64,000 nt of DNA from a virus (Duplodnaviria > Caudoviricetes). The notes below the pieces were generated by a model that worked only from the letters and a program-made list of their open reading frames with translations, did no database searches and was not told the DNA's origin. Position numbers and translations under genes: made by a program. Shown here piece after piece: positions 28,266 to 37,033 of this stretch. The number at the start of each line of letters is the position of its first letter. The first letter of the stretch is position 1. The stretch spans positions 64,001 to 128,000 of the IMG/VR virus record IMGVR_UViG_3300010167_001484; one strand, given 5' to 3'.

Positions 28266-29048
28266 ATGGATCTAAAATGTCAACAAGAGGTAATTGAAAA
28301 ACTAGAGAGTTGCAAGGATTCTAATATCCATAGTTTAATTATATATGGATCTTCAGGTTCAGGTAAATCTTATCTAGCAAAGAGGTATGCAGATATTTTA
28401 GATGTGTCAGACTTTTATTTAATCCACCCTAAAGTGACTGAGATAAGAGATGTGATTGAAGAGTGTTCTCAAATAAATTCTAATGTTGTTTTGTGTATAG
28501 AAAATTTAGATACAGGTGTATTTGCAGCATCTTCAGCATTATTGAAATTTCTAGAAGAACCTGCTCATAATGTATACATTGTTGTAACTGCTAGAAATTT
28601 AAAATTAATACAAGAAACTATTATAAGTAGAAGTTATGTAGTAGGAGTTAATATTCCAACAAAAGGTGATTTAGTTTTATATGCAGAAGATACATATCCT
28701 GAGGAATATAGATTGTACAATAATCGAGATATCTGGAATTGTGTTCAAACATTTGAAGATGTTAATACAGTTTTAGCTATGAATTCTACTCAGATACAGT
28801 ATATTGAAGAATTGCCGGAACTGTGCCTCAAATCAAAATGTATTTCAGATACATTGTGGTCTTTACAGAAATATCCTGAAAATCTTGGAGATACACCTAT
28901 TAATTTAACAATTCGTTATATTATGTATAAACAACCCAAATTATTATATTCAGGAATTAATTGTATAAGATCTTTAGAACAGAAACGAATTGCAGATTAT
29001 GTTATTCTAACTAAATTCTTATTTGAATTTAAAGGAGTTAGTATATGA
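28266..29048 (+). CDS. clamp loader delta' (HolB)-like AAA+ subunit
   Basis: GSSGSGKS, ALLKFLEEP, ETIISR. Confidence 0.8.
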   Translation: MDLKCQQEVIEKLESCKDSNIHSLIIYGSSGSGKSYLAKRYADILDVSDFYLIHPKVTEIRDVIEECSQINSNVVLCIENLDTGVFAASSALLKFLEEPAHNVYIVVTARNLKLIQETIISRSYVVGVNIPTKGDLVLYAEDTYPEEYRLYNNRDIWNCVQTFEDVNTVLAMNSTQIQYIEELPELCLKSKCISDTLWSLQKYPENLGDTPINLTIRYIMYKQPKLLYSGINCIRSLEQKRIADYVILTKFLFEFKGVSI

Positions 29049-29248
29049 TAATATCTACAAAAATAGAAATATATGATAATTGTTGTGAATGTGAGTATGT
29101 GAGAACTGATTCTGTAGATTTTGCTGAAATGTTTACTTGTGGAGTTGATCCTTCCTTAGATGTTACAGATTTAATAATTCAAAGATCTAAATTTTATCAT
29201 CCATGTTGTCCAATGCAGAGAATATTTATCAAAGGAGGATTGGTATGA
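29045..29248 (+). CDS. hypothetical Cys-containing protein
   Basis: ORF with overlapping junctions. Confidence 0.5.
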   Translation: MIISTKIEIYDNCCECEYVRTDSVDFAEMFTCGVDPSLDVTDLIIQRSKFYHPCCPMQRIFIKGGLV

Positions 29249-30234
29249 AATTATATTTTAGTGGTGCGTCAACTTTTAGAGCATATGAAACATTGAAGAA
29301 AATGCCCGATTATAGACCTTTAACTCTATTACATACTCAATATGAACGTTCATCTATTGATAAGGTAAAACCCTTCATAGATAGTGGTGATGTTGAACCT
29401 TTATTCATAGATAGTGGAGCATTTTCAGTTCATACAGGTAAAGTTGAAGAGAATATTGAAGAATATGTTCATTATTTAAATGAGATTGATGATTATGTTC
29501 ATCTTGCTGCTCAATTTGATGAAATTCCTGGTGAATATCGCAAACCAAAAACTCCTGAACATTATATATATTCAGCTGAAAGAAGTTGGGCAAATTTCTT
29601 ACAAATGTATGATCATATGAAGTCTCCTGAAAAATTGATATATGTATTCCATCAAGGTGAAGATATATCTAATCTTGTTAGAGCACTAGAATGGAGAGAT
29701 AAAGATGGTAAGGGATTAGGTGTAGTAGGAATATCTGGTCAGAATGACTCTTCAGAAAAGATGAAGAATGAATTTATAATTCAAGCAATAGATATTGTTC
29801 AACATTCTAGTAATCCCAAGTGTAAAACACATCTATTTGGTAGTACAAACAAATATGTAGTAAATGCAGTTCAGCCCTATTCAGCAGATAGTACAACACA
29901 TTTACAGATTGGAATATATGGTAAGATATATATTCCCTCAATATATCAACCTGTGATTGTATCAAATATACAAAGACCTAAAGGTCCTGAATCTGATACA
30001 GCTAATAGTGAAGATGAATCTTCGACAACACTAAAAACACTTCCATATAAAGGTGGATCTGATATGTATAAAGAAGTTGAAACATATCTGCACAGCTTGA
30101 ATCTAACTATGAATGATGTAGAAGGCTCTTCTTATTGTAGAATGGCAGTAAATATATATTATTGGCAAAGGCAATTTGATCATATAACTGATCTAAATGT
30201 GATAACTCACCCTAGATCTAAGAAGTTATTCTAG
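29245..30234 (+). CDS. tRNA-guanine transglycosylase-like protein, probable DNA 7-deazaguanine insertase (DpdA-like)
   Basis: FIDSGAFS, FDEIPG, VFHQGE, HLFG, SADSTT motifs; co-occurs with yhhQ. Confidence 0.8.
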   Translation: MKLYFSGASTFRAYETLKKMPDYRPLTLLHTQYERSSIDKVKPFIDSGDVEPLFIDSGAFSVHTGKVEENIEEYVHYLNEIDDYVHLAAQFDEIPGEYRKPKTPEHYIYSAERSWANFLQMYDHMKSPEKLIYVFHQGEDISNLVRALEWRDKDGKGLGVVGISGQNDSSEKMKNEFIIQAIDIVQHSSNPKCKTHLFGSTNKYVVNAVQPYSADSTTHLQIGIYGKIYIPSIYQPVIVSNIQRPKGPESDTANSEDESSTTLKTLPYKGGSDMYKEVETYLHSLNLTMNDVEGSSYCRMAVNIYYWQRQFDHITDLNVITHPRSKKLF

Positions 30235-30235
30235 A

Positions 30236-30307
30236 ATACAAACAAATTGATCTGGACCAGAAATACATTTAGATCTATAATATGTATACTGGTCTAGGTC
30301 TTTGTAT
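30236..30307 (+). terminator. long imperfect stem-loop at the boundary between the replication and late modules
   Basis: ATACAAA/TTTGTAT, GATCTGGACCAG/CTGGTCTAGGTC (two GU pairs), ATACAT/ATGTAT. Confidence 0.55.
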
Positions 30308-30423
30308 ATCAACTATAAACAAATATGCGATAGGTCCTTGATCTAAGTGATAGGTATAGAGATTATGGATAGATATCTATTATAGATAATTGAAGTAGCA
30401 GATGAAGATTCTTGAAAGTATTA

Positions 30424-30436
30424 AACCTTTAATAAT
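30424..30436 (+). promoter_or_regulatory. AACCTT-N-ATAAT phage late-type promoter motif
   Basis: similar motif at gene junctions 43558, 49908, 58812 and 62524, each before virion-module genes. Confidence 0.6.
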
Positions 30437-30472
30437 AGTGTAAAGATCAATCTGATTATATGAGGTGATATC

Positions 30473-30736
30473 ATGGTACCGAAAGAAGAGATAAATGAGT
30501 TAAAATCAGCGTCAGAACTTAGGACAGCGGCATCAGGAGCTTCTGATAGACTTATATTAGAAGCTATTGCAAGAGCATGTAATTTTGCTGCTAATACAGG
30601 AGAATTGACTACTACATGGACTGGTACATTACCTGAACATTTACAGAAAGCGGTTGAAGCTAAAGGTTACACAGTTACAAATGTGAAGATTGGGAATAGA
30701 CCTGTTGATACTGTTTGGAATTTCAGTTGGAAGTGA
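30473..30736 (+). CDS. hypothetical protein
   Basis: RBS GAGGTG, ATG start. Confidence 0.7.
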   Translation: MVPKEEINELKSASELRTAASGASDRLILEAIARACNFAANTGELTTTWTGTLPEHLQKAVEAKGYTVTNVKIGNRPVDTVWNFSWK

Positions 30737-30740
30737 TATT

Positions 30741-31190
30741 ATGCCTTCAGATATAATTTATGATTTGCATTCATATACTAGTACAACAGAAAATGTGAAA
30801 TTAATAAATGTAAGACAACTCGGGTATTCTATATGGTTAAGAATACCTGAAGATATTGCATCGCAATATGTTTTATTCACAGTTGAGGAGTTATTGAGTA
30901 AACGTGAAGAAGTTCAGAATTTTTCATATTTTATTGAAAGGGAGAATCTTCGACCTTGGTTGAAGGTTCGTACAGATCTACTTAATAAGGAAGAAGGATT
31001 TCATAGCTATAAATTCTCTTTTGTACATATCAAGAAACATGATATAATTTCGTTATATTTTACATATAATATGCAGAATGATAATCCTAGTAAGAGTTAT
31101 CTATTTAAAAATCGTAAGAATTTGAATCCTGAGGTTGAACGAGAATTTTTAAATATGGATGATGGTCAGCGTTGGGAAGGGAGATTGTAG
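30741..31190 (+). CDS. hypothetical protein
   Basis: ATG at 30741 just after the previous stop. Confidence 0.6.
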   Translation: MPSDIIYDLHSYTSTTENVKLINVRQLGYSIWLRIPEDIASQYVLFTVEELLSKREEVQNFSYFIERENLRPWLKVRTDLLNKEEGFHSYKFSFVHIKKHDIISLYFTYNMQNDNPSKSYLFKNRKNLNPEVEREFLNMDDGQRWEGRL

Positions 31191-31205
31191 AGTATGAACT
31201 TTAAA

Positions 31206-31303
31206 TCGTATAAATATACGAAAAAATCGTATAAATATACGAAGTGTTTGTGTGCACCATATCGCAGCGAGCATAATTTGATTTCATTCGTATAAATATA
31301 CGA
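31206..31303. repeat. copy 2 of the three-palindrome element
   Basis: TCGTATAAATATACGA at 31206-21, 31227-42 and 31288-303, with the CCATATCGCAGCGAGCAT core. Confidence 0.9.
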
Positions 31304-31331
31304 AATCATATATAAGAAAAGAGGTAGTAGC

Positions 31332-32117
31332 GTGTCTATTCAAGCTATATTTTCATCTAAATTATATAAAGCTAGTCCACGTAAAGTTAAGATTAGGGCA
31401 GCTCTAAATAGTCCTGTTAATGTTGAGTTAGTTCAACAATTGACTGAATATTTAGATGATGATTCAAAAGAATTATTAGAAAATGAGATTGATAAGGATA
31501 CTAATCTTGATACAGCTAATCCAGAAGGTGGAGAGCCCTCAAAAGGAGGTAGTTCCGGAGGATCTGGAGGAGGCGGAGGATCATTTTCTGGTGGGGGTGG
31601 ATCATTCTCTGGTGGAGGTGGCGGTGAATTCTTCACAGCATCTCCTGATGGTGATATTGAGGAGGGGTTTGATGATTCGGAATCTTCTGGTGATGTGTCT
31701 TTTGAAGATGAATCTGAGGCTCCTGATATAGATGATGGTGATGATGTAGACTCTGGTACAAAGATTAAAGGTCAAGCTATTGCAGCTTGTTATGATCCTG
31801 CTCAACTTCCAGGTCAAATAAAGTCAACTTTGAATATGAGAGAAGATACCGCAGGAGTAGAACGAGTTGCTACTAAGGAATGTGAACTCTGGATATATTA
31901 TAATGATAAAGTTAATCTTAACAATGTGATGTCTATGGTAATTGAGGTATTGAATGCTGCAAGTTATAGTTATTTGAATTTTAACAGGTTAGCTCGAACT
32001 GATAATGCGATTGTATTTGATATTGATTTAGTCAATTCAGAACAATTAGTTGAACCTATAGAAGAAAAAGATATAGAACCTATTGGTAATCCGGAAGATC
32101 GTATTGTGAAGGAGTAA
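31332..32117 (+). CDS. hypothetical protein with Gly-rich/acidic disordered linker (possibly head-associated)
   Basis: GGGSFSGGGGSFSGGGGGEFF followed by an acidic tract. Confidence 0.65.
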   Translation: MSIQAIFSSKLYKASPRKVKIRAALNSPVNVELVQQLTEYLDDDSKELLENEIDKDTNLDTANPEGGEPSKGGSSGGSGGGGGSFSGGGGSFSGGGGGEFFTASPDGDIEEGFDDSESSGDVSFEDESEAPDIDDGDDVDSGTKIKGQAIAACYDPAQLPGQIKSTLNMREDTAGVERVATKECELWIYYNDKVNLNNVMSMVIEVLNAASYSYLNFNRLARTDNAIVFDIDLVNSEQLVEPIEEKDIEPIGNPEDRIVKE

Positions 32118-32120
32118 AGG

Positions 32121-32318
32121 ATGAAGAAATTAGTTAAGTCTGATATTGATGAAGAATTAGATCAGAATATAACAGATTTAGTAGATGAATTCAATACTCA
32201 AGTTATGGACCCTGATTCTGAATTACGTAAATTGTTATCTGGTTATGTTGATGATGCTATATTAGAAGAAGCATTGATAGCAGCTATGCAAACATTTAAT
32301 GAAATTATATTAGGATAG
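32121..32318 (+). CDS. leader-peptide array protein (MKKLVKS)
   Basis: basic leader followed by an acidic body. Confidence 0.7.
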   Translation: MKKLVKSDIDEELDQNITDLVDEFNTQVMDPDSELRKLLSGYVDDAILEEALIAAMQTFNEIILG

Positions 32319-32329
32319 GGAGATAAATT

Positions 32330-32551
32330 ATGAAGAAGATAATAAGATCTAATGTTAGGGAAGGGTCTAGAGATATAGTAACATCTGGTTTGAATGTATT
32401 GGCTAGCAAGGCAGATGAAATAATACTTTGGGACAAATTACGTGAATTTGAAGAATTTTTATATGAAATAGAGCATGATGTCAATGTGAAGGATATTCAG
32501 AAAGCTATTGATGTATTCATCAATGATTTTGATTGGACTATAGATAAGTAA
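32330..32551 (+). CDS. leader-peptide array protein (MKKIIRS)
   Basis: basic leader followed by an acidic body. Confidence 0.7.
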   Translation: MKKIIRSNVREGSRDIVTSGLNVLASKADEIILWDKLREFEEFLYEIEHDVNVKDIQKAIDVFINDFDWTIDK

Positions 32552-32572
32552 TTCTAGATGGTTAGGTAAATT

Positions 32573-32935
32573 ATGAAAATTCTTGCTCGTACTCGCGAAG
32601 ATATACCTTTAGAAAACCAAGGTGGAAATTGTTTCAAAGTAGCATTTGAAACAATGCAGAAAGATCCTAAGAAGTATATACTTGTTCACGCAGTAGTAAC
32701 TGGTCAAGGCCCTATAGAAGGTGTTAAATACAGTCATGCTTTCGTTATAGATGATAGTAGAGATATTGTAATTGATAATACACTCAAAGGATCTGAAAAA
32801 GAATTTCCCGTTGGTTTGTATTACAGTATTGGTGAAATTGAGATTTCTAAAGAATACACTTATAGAGAAGCTCTTAAAGCTATTGTAAAATATGAACATT
32901 GGGGTCCTTGGGATTCGGAGATAAGTAGATATTAA
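32573..32935 (+). CDS. leader-peptide array protein (MKILAR) with Cys-His papain/transglutaminase-like motifs
   Basis: GNCF, LVHAVV, HAFV, VID motifs. Confidence 0.65.
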   Translation: MKILARTREDIPLENQGGNCFKVAFETMQKDPKKYILVHAVVTGQGPIEGVKYSHAFVIDDSRDIVIDNTLKGSEKEFPVGLYYSIGEIEISKEYTYREALKAIVKYEHWGPWDSEISRY

Positions 32936-32947
32936 AGGACGGGAATT

Positions 32948-33250
32948 ATGAAAAGATTGATAAGGGCTAATAAAACTCCTGTGGGGGCTATTCTTAGTAA
33001 AGTTGCTAATACTGTTAATAATGAATTTAAAGGTACAAGTCTTCATGTATCTAGAAATGATGGTGGTACTACTTATTCTATAACTGTTGACAATTCAGAT
33101 GATCTTCATCTATTAGACGAAGCTGTAGATTTCATAAATAACAAGTATCCAGATCTTGAAGCATTTACACATAAAAACCGTATGGCTAAATATAATGACC
33201 CAAATACTCGTAGCGGTATGCCTACTAAAGGTGTTATGCGTTATAGATAG
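32948..33250 (+). CDS. MKRLIRA-leader protein
   Basis: shared N-terminus, unique body. Confidence 0.75.
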   Translation: MKRLIRANKTPVGAILSKVANTVNNEFKGTSLHVSRNDGGTTYSITVDNSDDLHLLDEAVDFINNKYPDLEAFTHKNRMAKYNDPNTRSGMPTKGVMRYR

Positions 33251-33307
33251 TAATCATGGAAGTTGTTGTGAAGATAATTTATAGTTTATAATGAGTTATC
33301 ATATTAG

Positions 33308-33384
33308 TACATCAACTCCCACAAGAGTTGTATCAAATATATAAGAAAATTGAAGGTAAAATTTAATGAAGAGGTTGATAAGGG
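33308..33384 (+). repeat. 77-bp cassette-boundary repeat (hairpin + RBS + MKRLIR codons)
   Basis: identical to 34898-34974; 6 substitutions versus 34477-34553; partial copies near 35322, 36579 and 36989. Confidence 0.92.
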
Positions 33385-34193
33385 CGACTGATTATAAACT
33401 GGAAAAACACGAAAGAACTAAATATAAAAGTAAATTAAGGTCATCTACAAGTAAATTATTAAAAGAGCAATTCGGTACGAGTGTAACTATTAATAGTTTC
33501 AAGTATGATTTCTATGGTGAAGATACTATATGTATAACTTTTGAGTCCGATTCATTTGAGGGCCGTGTAGTTCTTGCTATTCTTGGTGATTATAATGGTT
33601 ATAATGCAATTGAAATAAATGGTAATTATTTTGGATCTTGGGGAAATAACAGTCAATTCTCAGAAAATGAGTTTGTGTCAAGTCAAACATTTAAGAATGA
33701 TTTTGTACCTTTATTTGAAGAATACTTTCAATCTATAGGGTTAGGTAAACCAGATAAGCCGGCTGAATTGCGAGTTAATCCTAAGCAAAGTCCTATGATG
33801 GTAGCAGTTGTTAAGGATCTATTGAATGATCTTAGAAGTCAAGTGAATCTACCTTTTAGTGATGCAGAAATAGTTGGATCTATTGGTAGAGAGATAAATC
33901 ATAGTGATTTATCTTTAGATTGGATTGATTTGAGTTATTCGGATGTATGTGGATTATTTTTAGGTTTTAGAGTAACTTATCATTATGTTAATGAGTATGC
34001 TTTCAAATTGTATGATATAGAAAGTGGTAGTTCATGTTGGGAATCATTTGGACGTCGTAGATTAAGTGTACTTCAACGAAAGAAGGATAGTGGTAATTGG
34101 TTTGAGACTGAAAGTATACATGTTAATAAAGAGAGCTATCCTGAGATATTTGAATTACCTGCATATAAGAAATTATATGATGAATATTATTGA
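33366..34193 (+). CDS. MKRLIRA-leader protein (275 aa)
   Basis: shared N-terminus; preceded by the repeat. Confidence 0.8.
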   Translation: MKRLIRATDYKLEKHERTKYKSKLRSSTSKLLKEQFGTSVTINSFKYDFYGEDTICITFESDSFEGRVVLAILGDYNGYNAIEINGNYFGSWGNNSQFSENEFVSSQTFKNDFVPLFEEYFQSIGLGKPDKPAELRVNPKQSPMMVAVVKDLLNDLRSQVNLPFSDAEIVGSIGREINHSDLSLDWIDLSYSDVCGLFLGFRVTYHYVNEYAFKLYDIESGSSCWESFGRRRLSVLQRKKDSGNWFETESIHVNKESYPEIFELPAYKKLYDEYY

Positions 34194-34223
34194 AGAAGTT
34201 TAAGATAGAAAGGTGTAAACATT

Positions 34224-34535
34224 ATGCCTAGAAAATTACCAATAACCGAAGAGCTAAATTTTCATTATTTATTAGGTTTAATGCCTGCTTTGAAGAATGA
34301 ACCAGAATTTGAATGGTTGCCAGAATTATTTTCAATAGTAGGTTATGAATCACTAATAGATCTTTGTAGATTTGCCGGTGGAGAAACAATAAGAATACCT
34401 ACTTTAGATGAATTAACTACAAGTATAGATGTATTACAATGGTATTATGATATCAATGTGAAGCGGTCTAAGAAGCTACATCAACTCCCAATAGAGTTGT
34501 ATCAAATATATAAGAAAGTTGAAGGTAAAATATAA
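34224..34535 (+). CDS. Mor/C-like transcription-activator-family protein; its 3' end carries the cassette repeat in frame
   Basis: ELFSIVGYESLIDLCRFAGGETIRIP resembles the Mor family; C-terminus HQLPIELYQIYKKVEGKI is encoded by the repeat. Confidence 0.6.
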   Translation: MPRKLPITEELNFHYLLGLMPALKNEPEFEWLPELFSIVGYESLIDLCRFAGGETIRIPTLDELTTSIDVLQWYYDINVKRSKKLHQLPIELYQIYKKVEGKI

Positions 34536-34888
34536 TGAAAAGATTGATAAGGGCTGATGGAACACGAAAAGAGTCTTTGCTGAATCAACTTGAACCTGAA
34601 TTGATAACAGTGTTGAAGCAAAATGGGTTGAAACATAAATGGCATTATGGTCAAAGTAGATTCACATCTAGTATATTATCATTCGAAGAGATTGTTGATA
34701 TATTGGTATCTGAAGGGTGTATAATTCTGAAGGCAGTTAATTATCCTTGTAGAGGTGGGGGTCGTACTCAATATACGATATTACAAACTCCTGAAGGTTT
34801 GAAGTTAAGTGTAGAGTATTTCAGCAAAGTGTCTTCATACATAATGGAACATAAAGATACACATCATATGTATGATACAGCGGGATAG
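34535..34888 (+). CDS. MKRLIRA-leader protein (GC..TP.G domain)
   Basis: shared N-terminus; start overlaps the stop of the Mor-like gene. Confidence 0.8.
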   Translation: MKRLIRADGTRKESLLNQLEPELITVLKQNGLKHKWHYGQSRFTSSILSFEEIVDILVSEGCIILKAVNYPCRGGGRTQYTILQTPEGLKLSVEYFSKVSSYIMEHKDTHHMYDTAG

Positions 34889-34955
34889 CTGATTTAATAC
34901 ATCAACTCCCACAAGAGTTGTATCAAATATATAAGAAAATTGAAGGTAAAATTTA

Positions 34956-35282
34956 ATGAAGAGGTTGATAAGGGAGTCAGAAGAATTAATAACAGATATA
35001 TCATCAATAAAAGACTTACTAGATAAGGAGGTTATATCTATATTAATTGATCTTGGTTATGTATATAGACCTAATAATAATGAATATACAAAGAAAAAGA
35101 ATTCAGATTCAAATATATATGATTTATTTTATGCACTTGAATCTGTTGGATGTGTTGTCAAACAAAAACACCGTCAATCTGAAATATATAGTCGAGGAAC
35201 GTCTAAGATTTACACAACTCCTAATGGTGTAGATATTGTGATATATGGTGGAGGCGGAATAGCTGTAAAACTTGCAAATTGA
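34956..35282 (+). CDS. MKRLIRE-leader protein (GC..TP.G domain)
   Basis: preceded by an exact 77-bp repeat copy. Confidence 0.8.
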   Translation: MKRLIRESEELITDISSIKDLLDKEVISILIDLGYVYRPNNNEYTKKKNSDSNIYDLFYALESVGCVVKQKHRQSEIYSRGTSKIYTTPNGVDIVIYGGGGIAVKLAN

Positions 35283-35348
35283 TGTAATTATAAATATTAT
35301 CTAAGTGTGATTTATTATATTAAATAAGAAAATTGAAGGTAAAATTTA

Positions 35349-35909
35349 ATGAAGAGGTTAATAAGGGCTAGTAGATCTAAAGAAGTTACATTAAATCGTG
35401 TAGAACATGATAGAGATTCAGAAGTATATAAGGGAGAAGGTGAACGTATTTACTATGATTATTTTGACTCTCAAGATAATTATTTAGTATCTATATGTTA
35501 TTTTCCTAAGAGTAATGGCTTATTTGTTGACGAAACTAGACTATGGGAAGAGTTAAATTCTGATACTAATGTTATGCCGTTCACTCACAGAAGAAGTAAT
35601 GGTGAAGAATCTATACATCATGTAAATAAAGGTTCATTAAGAACATATTACGATTCCATAGATAAGTTTGAGCGTCAACTTAGGAAGTTATACAAAGCAA
35701 ATTGTATTGATATTAAAGAAGATGATTCTTATGAAGGTGACAGTTATGAGAGTGACGGTGATTCATACCTCAACCAACTCGAAGCCGAAGGATATGAATG
35801 CACTGATCAATCTACACAAGGTGGAGGAAGAGTAGGAACCTACACATATGAGCATCTTGAAACTGGTGATGTGATTGTTGTTGATGCAGGAGACTACAAT
35901 TGGGATTAA
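35349..35909 (+). CDS. MKRLIRA-leader protein
   Basis: preceded by a partial repeat. Confidence 0.8.
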   Translation: MKRLIRASRSKEVTLNRVEHDRDSEVYKGEGERIYYDYFDSQDNYLVSICYFPKSNGLFVDETRLWEELNSDTNVMPFTHRRSNGEESIHHVNKGSLRTYYDSIDKFERQLRKLYKANCIDIKEDDSYEGDSYESDGDSYLNQLEAEGYECTDQSTQGGGRVGTYTYEHLETGDVIVVDAGDYNWD

Positions 35910-35933
35910 TTGATAGAAAGTCGAGAATATGAT

Positions 35934-36536
35934 ATGAAAAGATTGATAAGGACGTCTCAAGAAAATTCTATTCAGAATATTCAAAATAATTGTGAAAATA
36001 TATTAAAATCTCAATTACAGGTTGAAAATTCTACTGTCAAAGTTGATATAAGTGATAATAGGCTTAGACCTGAGATAAATATTAAGTTTTATTTAAACGG
36101 GCGTGCACGACCAATAACAAAAACATATTATCCTTTCAACAGAAGTAAACAATGGGGACTATCATATCATGCTGATGCAAGTGATAGTGATATTAAATTG
36201 ATATATAATTTAGATTATAACTGTATAGTAGAATTAGGTCGTATGTTAACTCGAACTAAATCATTCACAACTAAGTTAGATTCTAATATTAAATCTATGT
36301 TATTAGGTTTAGGATTTAAATATAATGCATCAGAATCATCGTTCAGATTATATGCAGATCCAAATACTATAGATTTATTCAATAAATTACAATCATCCGG
36401 ATGCGAATTAGTATCTAATGATTCTCAATATGATACTGTATATCAAACACCTGAAAATGTCAAAATATCAATATATGTTAGTAATAATCCTCGTTCTTAT
36501 CATGGTGATTACATATCAATTAGCGAAGCATCTTAA
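35934..36536 (+). CDS. MKRLIRT-leader protein (C-terminal GC..TP domain)
   Basis: ATG at 35934 gives the shared leader. Confidence 0.75.
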   Translation: MKRLIRTSQENSIQNIQNNCENILKSQLQVENSTVKVDISDNRLRPEINIKFYLNGRARPITKTYYPFNRSKQWGLSYHADASDSDIKLIYNLDYNCIVELGRMLTRTKSFTTKLDSNIKSMLLGLGFKYNASESSFRLYADPNTIDLFNKLQSSGCELVSNDSQYDTVYQTPENVKISIYVSNNPRSYHGDYISISEAS

Positions 36537-36610
36537 TAATCATACTGGTAAGGATTAGGAGATACAATAAAATTCTATAAAATATATAAGAAAGTTGAAG
36601 GTAAAATTTA

Positions 36611-36910
36611 ATGAAAAGATTGATAAGAGCAGGAAGTAATAACATATATAGTAAATTAGAGCAAGCATTACAAGGACATTTGAATCAGATGTTAGGAGAT
36701 CAAAATTTTAAATTTGATATTAATCTTGAATTTGAAGATGAAGAGATGTGTATAGATATAGATGTTATGGATTCTAATAATGCTATTCTATATACAGGAG
36801 GATTCATGCTTGAGCGTGATCGTTTATCTAAAGCTAATCTCAATGCTTCCGCGTATGGTGTAGTGGAATCTTTGAAAGAGATATTATATGATGAAGAGTT
36901 GATAAAGTAG
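36611..36910 (+). CDS. MKRLIRA-leader protein
   Basis: preceded by a partial repeat. Confidence 0.8.
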   Translation: MKRLIRAGSNNIYSKLEQALQGHLNQMLGDQNFKFDINLEFEDEEMCIDIDVMDSNNAILYTGGFMLERDRLSKANLNASAYGVVESLKEILYDEELIK

Positions 36911-36913
36911 TAT

Positions 36914-37033
36914 ATTAAGAGATTGATAATAGTAAACAGAACATTGGGGTATAGTGATTATGATAATTGGAGTGAATTAAAATTCTTCATAGAGTTTTAT
37001 CAAATATATAAGAAAGTTAGGGATAAGATATGA
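36914..37033 (+). pseudogene. remnant cassette (IKRLII...EFYQIYKKVRDKI)
   Basis: ATT-AAG-AGA-TTG-ATA degenerate leader, in frame with a diverged copy of the repeat peptide. Confidence 0.55.
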
